Positions 60,901-64,000 of a stretch of 64,000 nt of DNA are shown here, piece after piece. The notes below the pieces were generated by a model, which ran no database searches, was not told the origin of the DNA, and worked only from the letters and a program-made list of their open reading frames with translations. The DNA is from Desulfatiglandales bacterium (GTDB lineage Bacteria > Desulfobacterota > DSM-4660 > Desulfatiglandales > HGW-15). The position numbers were made by a program, and so were the translations under genes. The first letter of the stretch is position 1. Every line of letters begins with the position of its first letter. The stretch covers positions 1,152,001 through 1,216,000 of the forward strand of contig CAXXJJ010000004.1 in assembly GCA_963667015.2 (NCBI GenBank), read 5' to 3'.

Positions 60901-61314
60901 GGCGTCATTTACTCCAGTAATTGTGATTGTTACCAGACCGGTAGTTCCACTCGGAGCGCTGTCTGTCATTCCGTAATTAAAGGTATCTACAAACGACTCT
61001 CCTGATGCCAGAGCATTTAGAGTTGTTACCAGATCGGCATTTGGAGTATAGGTAAATCTACCGTCTGCCTCAAAGGTTATAGGCACCCCATTTACACTTG
61101 TCGGCCCAGCAATTACGACTGTCAGAGGAAGCACATCACCGTCATTTTGGAGTAGACCATTTGCTGCATCATTAATATTAATAGTTGGATTATCTTCATC
61201 AGTAGTGTAAAAATCGGGAGCAGCTGTTGCAGCAAAGGCTGATCCATTCGAAAAGCAGATAAATGCCATGGAAACGATAAATATTGTCAGTAAAGATATT
61301 TTATTTCTAATCAT
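51952..61314 (-). CDS. pilY1: Giant PilY1/PilC-family type IV pilus tip adhesin (3120 aa)
   Basis: Signal peptide; VCBS/cadherin-like, PKD-like and BACON-like repeats; vWA (LLDSSGSM, NTPLT, IILITDG); C-terminal PilC propeller (LGDIINSKP, VYVGSNDGALHAF, YFVDGSP, LGQTW, FGTGRY). Lies downstream of pilW/V/X. Confidence 0.9.
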   Translation of the reverse strand: MIRNKISLLTIFIVSMAFICFSNGSAFAATAAPDFYTTDEDNPTININDAANGLLQNDGDVLPLTVVIAGPTSVNGVPITFEADGRFTYTPNADLVTTLNALASGESFVDTFNYGMTDSAPSGTTGLVTITITGVNDAPTADAGGAYTINEGQDLTLDASGSSDVDSTDTLSYAWDLDNDGTYDDATGSGPTVTWTALIGLGLATDGSASTIALQVSDGKGGVDTASTTLTINNVAPVVTETGGDQTVDEGSEATNSGTFSDIGDDTVTITASIGSITQDTGASGNWSWSYTPSDGPSGPTVVTITATDSDGATGTDTFTLTVNNVAPVVTETGGDQTVNEGSEATNNGTFSDVGDDTVTITASIGSINQDAGSSGNWSWSYTPSDGPSGPTVVTITATDSDGATGTDTFTLTVNNVAPVVTETGGNQTVNEGSEATNNGTFSDVGDDTVTITASIGSINQDAGSSGNWNWSYTPSDGPSGPTVVTITATDSDGATGTDTFTLTVNNIAPVVTETGGNQTVNEGSEATNNGTFSDIGDDTVTITASIGSITQDAGSSGNWSWSYTPTDGPAGPTVVTITATDSDGATGTDTFNLTVNNVAPVVTAPADQTADEGTSKTFDLGTFTDAGSGDTHVGYVNWGDGGSTRYLGDVTSPDITASATDPANTAHAYADNGTYTVQVWVNDDDGGSSSITFTVTVNNVAPAVMAADDQTIDEGTLLDLSGSPYAATYTDPGSSDTHAATIDWGDGNTDGPGAVSGGNVDGTHTYADNSTYTVTITVEDNDGGSSSDTLTVTVNNVAPTANADTSTANEDGPAVTIDLTVNDTDPGADDPEISSIGLLANGTLGTVTINPDNDTVEYDPNGQFESLAVGEAGEDKFDYEIDDGNGGTATATVTVTINGANDAPTAVDDSGAEYSTDEATSFSTGNVLTNDTDPDTSDVLSVDSVDATSANGASIANNGDGTFTYNPNSQFENLASGQTATDTFNYIVADGNGGTDTGTVTIEITGINDEPTLDDPSDVVINEDPGAAQIVTLTGIDEGASGAENSQTLTISATSSHPTIIPHPTISYTEDSDTGTLSFTPLPNTNTTISGPITITVRVQDNGGTANGGDNSIERTFDVTVNPVNDMPVFTVGSDQSVDEDAGAQTVAGFITDIDDGDPEVVQALTFTVTNDNNTLFSSQPSIDSSGQLTYTPADNANGSAIVSVALTDDGTAGGAELTSTQTFKITVGSVNDMPSFTKGGDQIIDENISAEQTITSWATDIDDGDPEIEQTLTFNVINTNNDLFSVQPAIDGETGTLTYTVAENYSGIATVTVTLTDDATAGGDALTTDPQTFTITVTQINDMPEFTGGPNLDVDEDSGTHTITEWATGIDDGDPEVVQSLTFNVVNDNPGMFTYQPAIDSDGTLTFTLAENFYGSANVTVSLTDDTTAGGPQLTTATQTFTIFVSNVNDQPSFTKGSDQVVIEGTDTKTVEGWATSIYAGRDNEADQTFTFIVTGNTNSSIFEEQPAIDPAGTLTFKPSNSDRGIADITVVLKDDGGTYGGGLDTSEPQTFRITVLGGSVIHVNPDSYTAMINEGEGLPSQEVTLTNNNLGLFEAIDLSYSVSNSSSGWITCATSGTLAPGESTTFTIQFDTASLTPRAYSVSIIVKDLNIPNRTVIIPVNVNVVGEIDVGDSDDAEENKSGGEMDLYSDDLDLGQSIVGVRFTDIGVPEGSQILGAYITFSAFDTRDAATSLRVYGHNAGDSATFTLNDGDISSRDKTSSSYSWSPDAWFEGQIYKSSNEDETADIRGVVQEIVNHPDWRAGNAMTFIIEGEGLRTADSNESPEGLNPTLNIMYLPVGTPIIAVGQTSFDEWTYEGESPDSQIFTVRNSGSEGLKYTISEDIDWLSVSPTSYSGEDGLLNSDDPQEITITFDTDELESGAEYTDYTGTITVSDPNSANESVEIYVNVSVHNKIPQLSVDNDYIGITAYEKTTDFTENPVSQSFEISNTGRGDMIYTITDDADWLTIPSGITNGTLSDNGEGSSQKITLNFNSDSLGVGTYEAHITITGKDGDNNDANNSPVTVTVSLTIETLPLSRICGDVPVYTENLVSPAIMILLDSSGSMDSNVYIDPPVYSSPDIKDIVQHIVNRTDWNSGQDMGFIIGGTGERSAYSHDGSSSRAPLLHVEFSSGSVINLRINDDYNDAEESSNGDMTSNSNDLDFGNDKLVGLRFTNVQIPRDAVITEAHLEFIAYESDDADTDLIIYGWDVADVPSFYRSWWQGSLPDDYLSDQDKTTGIPWSDVEEWVKPTVQTRMTVAKEALKELVTDPTISWGFGSWTAHPWYDPYYGYRSSQEWTKIHVGCEYWSDDHEDDLVDAINAMTSLGNTPLTPSMRAGLDYFAGNRSADIGGTFNSVDCQPKFIILITDGLGNTGTTLSNVESTAASYGLDANEVNLVGIGFALDDATQLDIIAEESNASGDEDPDDNLYALHELDEDGNPKPFIAMNKEELVEALSKITSGIKAEVFHGSAPAPTTSVDYGDIVITAKFQPTNWSGDLEATQIKDNGTEETLWLASEQMPHTPDAYSVDTNDDVVSYSTASLDLPEMCADKKLGDIINSKPIIIEDPAYSYSFDNYFRSYKYAVERDPLVYVGSNDGALHAFLLTDKYAEDGTTVLAHGGEEVWRFYPKAVQDNLRKADDDIHWDRCGDSYCHRYFVDGSPIVADVYDSTETKWKTMLVSGLREGGAAYFALDISYGKSFGYTADTTKRSKYMWEFTDSELGQTWADPEIKRVAVDGSTEKAWGVFFGSGYSPDSQSTKEAYLYGIEANYKADLWKDTFGSSINKVKISSSVLQNDALSPPMTVDMEGDIIADLIYTGNLYGSMYRVENIGQGMTPEVSILYDSENSTDHGHPIRAKSDYAYASEGDGVRICFGTGRYEDQSDKTSTAQQYFFSLQDDSTVTDPYTYDDLVQLDAKFTTYEDVVYRTVEGTNENKESWVVKLAISKEDISNDALFASERVIAKPLVVAGVVFFTTFIPDENVCEGNGQAYLFALDYETGLPPTEPIFDINGDGVVDYRDVIDGVIPSGIFLGEGQPSEPVLHKDTIYVTTTGTGLTRRKVNLSKQLTNMTSWKEKNTQ
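59527..60618 (-). repeat. Four near-identical 273-bp (91-aa) tandem repeats in pilY1
   Basis: NNVAPVVTETGG(D/N)QTV..GSEATN.GTFSD...GTDTF.LT repeated with period 273 (unit boundaries at 60618, 60345, 60072, 59799). Confidence 0.95.
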
Positions 61315-61396
61315 TTTTCTTTCCCCTTAAAAAGGAACATATTTTTTTAACCAATAGGGCAAATAAAACCCGGGTGACTTATCAATAACCTTTAAG

Positions 61397-61957
61397 TTAC
61401 TCTCCTGTCTTGAGCACTTTTTTTACTGTGACATCAACCCTCTGTTTATTGGCTATACTTGTGATTGTAAAAGCATAATTCCGGAAGTTTTCTCCGAATG
61501 AAGGAGCCTTTTCACCTGCCATTGCTTCCTCGTTCAGGTAAGCGACTTTATACCAGTAACCTGCAGCACTATTTCCTGTCCCAAGGATACCGTCTGCAGC
61601 CCCGTTCGGATAATTTGTAGTCGTATTAACATTATAAGAACCATCCTCTCCGTCGCCGTAATTGCGTACGTTAAGGATATGCTCATCCCTGTAATCACCC
61701 GGTTCTCCTGCAAGAAAAAGTTCTTTATTAACAAGAGCAGGAACCTGGGCTCTTGTATCAAGCCACTGGACGGCTTCCCGCCAGGCACTGTCCGCAACAT
61801 AGAAACTCTCTACATATTCACGCTCATTCTTTGCTATCTGGGTATCAACGTCAGAGAGTCTTGTTACTGAGAGTCCCATTATGGTAATCAGGACAAGCAT
61901 GACGACAGCTATGATAATTACTGAACCGTTTTCGTTTTTAAGTATATTTTCAGACAT
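61397..61957 (-). CDS. pilX: Type IV pilus minor pilin PilX-like
   Basis: NENG-SVIIIAVVMLVLITIMG (lacks E5), followed by IAKNER...SFYVADSA. Confidence 0.82.
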   Translation of the reverse strand: MSENILKNENGSVIIIAVVMLVLITIMGLSVTRLSDVDTQIAKNEREYVESFYVADSAWREAVQWLDTRAQVPALVNKELFLAGEPGDYRDEHILNVRNYGDGEDGSYNVNTTTNYPNGAADGILGTGNSAAGYWYKVAYLNEEAMAGEKAPSFGENFRNYAFTITSIANKQRVDVTVKKVLKTGE

Positions 61958-61997
61958 GATGATTTTCCCCTAAATGATTAATACGGGTCTAAGGCCT

Positions 61998-62483
61998 CTA
62001 AATCCTGTTCCTCAGCAGGTCAAATTTGTAGGTCTTTGTTGATCCTCTGCTCTCCCATTCAACAATTACCCGGATAGTTTTTAAACCGTTTACGGTATAC
62101 CAGCCGGTACTGTTTTTTGCCCTGTTTTCAGCAACATTCCAGTATATTCGATATTTATCGCCCGGAATATAATGATCGGCAGTATCAGGCTCATCATCAT
62201 CCAGACCTAAAACACCGTCTGGAGCACCAACCGGCATAGAGTCACTAAGATCGGCATCGTCATAATCCTTACTCAGCAGTTTTTCTACCAGATCCTGAAC
62301 CTTTTCTGTACTTTCAGTATAGTTCATGGACATGGTGTTTCCCCTCATTGCTGTAACCTGAAGGGAAGCAACAGCCAGTAGACCAACAGTCAATATTGAA
62401 ACGGCCATTATTACTTCCAGTAAAGTAAAGCCTTTGTCATTCCTGCTTATATCCCAAATTTTCCTGTAATTATGTTTTATCAT
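61998..62483 (-). CDS. pilV: Type IV pilus minor pilin PilV-like
   Basis: Prepilin motif KG-FTLLEVIMAVSILTVGLLAVASLQ. Confidence 0.85.
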   Translation of the reverse strand: MIKHNYRKIWDISRNDKGFTLLEVIMAVSILTVGLLAVASLQVTAMRGNTMSMNYTESTEKVQDLVEKLLSKDYDDADLSDSMPVGAPDGVLGLDDDEPDTADHYIPGDKYRIYWNVAENRAKNSTGWYTVNGLKTIRVIVEWESRGSTKTYKFDLLRNRI

Positions 62484-62499
62484 TTCATCCTCTCGCAGC

Positions 62500-63198
62500 T
62501 TACAGGTTACGGCATTTTATTTCCCGGGAAAGTCTTCTTCTTCGGAAATTGTCATCAGCAACAGGTGAGTATATCGAAACATCCTGCTGGTTATAATAAT
62601 CCGGATGAACCTCGGCATCTGAATAATCAGGATCAGCTTTTCCTGCCCTGGCTATAAGCGTCACCTGTATTGACTTTATTTCAGTCAGACTGGCAGGTGG
62701 ATTGGCTATTACTGCACCTGCACTGTTAAGGTAGACAAAATCCACCCAATCGATATTTTCAGCTATAATCTGATCAGATGTTGTAGAACCGTCATTAATA
62801 GTTCTTTTCAGATTTTTTCCATCAAGACTATATGTAATGGTCTCAAGGGTTGTGTCGGTCGGATCCGGTCTGTCACCTTTGTTTTTTAACATAGTAAATG
62901 CAATGCTGGTTGGGTTGGCACTGGTGATTCCGGGAGAAACATCGACTGTAGGGTGATGATACCCTGCCATCCTTATGTCACTGGTCATAATAACCATACC
63001 CGCTCTAATGTTCTGCTGCATTGCCGTTTCCTGCTCCCGGACGATGTAAGATTCCTGCTGCGAGCGGTAAACCGAATATATACCGCCCATTACAACGAGG
63101 GATAATGCTGCCGCCACCATTAGCTCGATAATGGTGAATCCCTCTTCCCGTCCGAGAAAAATACCCTTACTTAATATGCCTTTATGTTCTTTTGCCAT
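62500..63198 (-). CDS. pilW: Type IV pilus minor pilin PilW-like
   Basis: EG-FTIIELMVA, MQQNIRAGM...DIRMAGY, QIIAENI. Confidence 0.85.
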   Translation of the reverse strand: MAKEHKGILSKGIFLGREEGFTIIELMVAAALSLVVMGGIYSVYRSQQESYIVREQETAMQQNIRAGMVIMTSDIRMAGYHHPTVDVSPGITSANPTSIAFTMLKNKGDRPDPTDTTLETITYSLDGKNLKRTINDGSTTSDQIIAENIDWVDFVYLNSAGAVIANPPASLTEIKSIQVTLIARAGKADPDYSDAEVHPDYYNQQDVSIYSPVADDNFRRRRLSREIKCRNL

Positions 63199-63283
63199 CT
63201 CTTTTCATCCCCATTGGCTCTACAATTAGTACCTTCTGATAATTGACTGTTACTAAATAAAATGATATTCCACATAATCCAAA

Positions 63284-63299
63284 AGCAAATTATATGCCA
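63284..63299 (-). promoter_or_regulatory. Sigma54 (-24/-12) promoter of the pilW-pilV-pilX-pilY1 operon
   Basis: Minus strand TGGCAT-ATAAT-TTGCT, an exact match to TGGCAY-N5-TTGCW, ~85 nt upstream of pilW. Confidence 0.72.
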
Positions 63300-63444
63300 T
63301 AACCTCCAGAACTCCAGAATCCATTTAATTATTGATTAATTATGGCATAATTATATATAATTATACTAATAAACACTGACAATTTATTTACTTGCTGTTA
63401 AATAACATTACACATCTAAATATATTTTACACTTGGAGATGAAT

Positions 63445-64000
63445 ATGAAAAACCTGAACAGGTATTTTTTATCTTTAACCAAAAGCATTCTTGTATTTCT
63501 GGCAATTATGTCTGCTGCGCCCTGCTTTGCTTCACCGGACGGACTTGTCGGCTGGTACCATGGTTCATTCGGGTATGAAAGCGCCCTTGAAGAATCCAGG
63601 AAAAATGAAACCCCAGTAATCCTATTTTTTTACATAGATTCAGATGAGTACTGTCAAAAACTGGGAACTGATTATTTCGCCGCCTATGATGTGTATAGCT
63701 ATTTAGAAGACATCCCTAAAGTCGACATCAATCTTAAGGGAAATGAATTTGAAATTGAGGTGGCTAAAAAATACAATATCGGTGAAGGAGCCACACTTTT
63801 ATTAATTTTCCCCTTTGCTACAACAGATCCCGTACAGACCTCCCCTTTTCTTGATGATCGAGACATGACACCCCTGGAATTTGCCGCCAACTTAAAAAAT
63901 ATATTCTCACTTACATATAACAAATTAGGATATTCTTTTTTTGAAAATCATGAATATGATAAGGCGGTTAATTATTACGAACTTTCCATAAAATATGATC
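63445..64000 (+). CDS. Secreted thioredoxin-fold/TPR protein, partial (runs off the window end)
   Basis: Translated by hand: signal peptide MKNLNRYFLSLTKSILVFLAIMSAAPCFA, then WYHGSFGYESALEESRKNETPVILFFYIDSDEYCQKL (DxxC) and TPR-like YNKLGYSFFENHEYDKAVNYYELSI. RBS GGAG. Confidence 0.72.
   Translation, partial: MKNLNRYFLSLTKSILVFLAIMSAAPCFASPDGLVGWYHGSFGYESALEESRKNETPVILFFYIDSDEYCQKLGTDYFAAYDVYSYLEDIPKVDINLKGNEFEIEVAKKYNIGEGATLLLIFPFATTDPVQTSPFLDDRDMTPLEFAANLKNIFSLTYNKLGYSFFENHEYDKAVNYYELSIKYD

Overview
This is a low-GC bacterial chromosome segment. Its gene content (CysM-CysRS fusion, several HDOD proteins, CheX, DUF362 and a sigma54 activator) suggests a Desulfobacterota/deltaproteobacterial genome, which is an inference. 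Bases 1-~10218 are the tRNA-proximal part of an integrative element inserted at the 3' end of tRNA-Leu(CAA). It carries a DUF6538-type tyrosine integrase and five co-oriented cargo genes, including an AbiTii-domain protein and a Shedu (DUF4263)-like nuclease coupled to an unknown upstream ORF. It also carries an SF2-helicase-like gene broken by an intact IS1380-family element and two frameshifts. Directly after the helicase stop codon lies a ~370-nt non-coding element that folds by eye into a closed five-arm structure; this is the most unusual signal in the window. The rest is mostly core chromosome: divergent tRNA-Leu/tRNA-Ala genes, a signalling cluster with sigma28-like promoters (HDOD-GGDEF, cheR, HDOD, cheX, hybrid kinase, unusual class III cyclase), mgtE, ileS-lspA-lgt, groESL, a cysteine synthase-CysRS fusion and an Fe-S/PLP/sigma54-activator cluster. 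Further right are a decayed IS, mscS, lptF, infA, a frameshifted waaA, dsbD, rlmD and a sigma54-preceded pilW-pilV-pilX-pilY1 operon. The PilY1 is 3120 aa and contains tandem repeats and a circularly permuted domain inserted in its vWA domain. All calls come from motif recognition by eye; no searches or folding programs were run.
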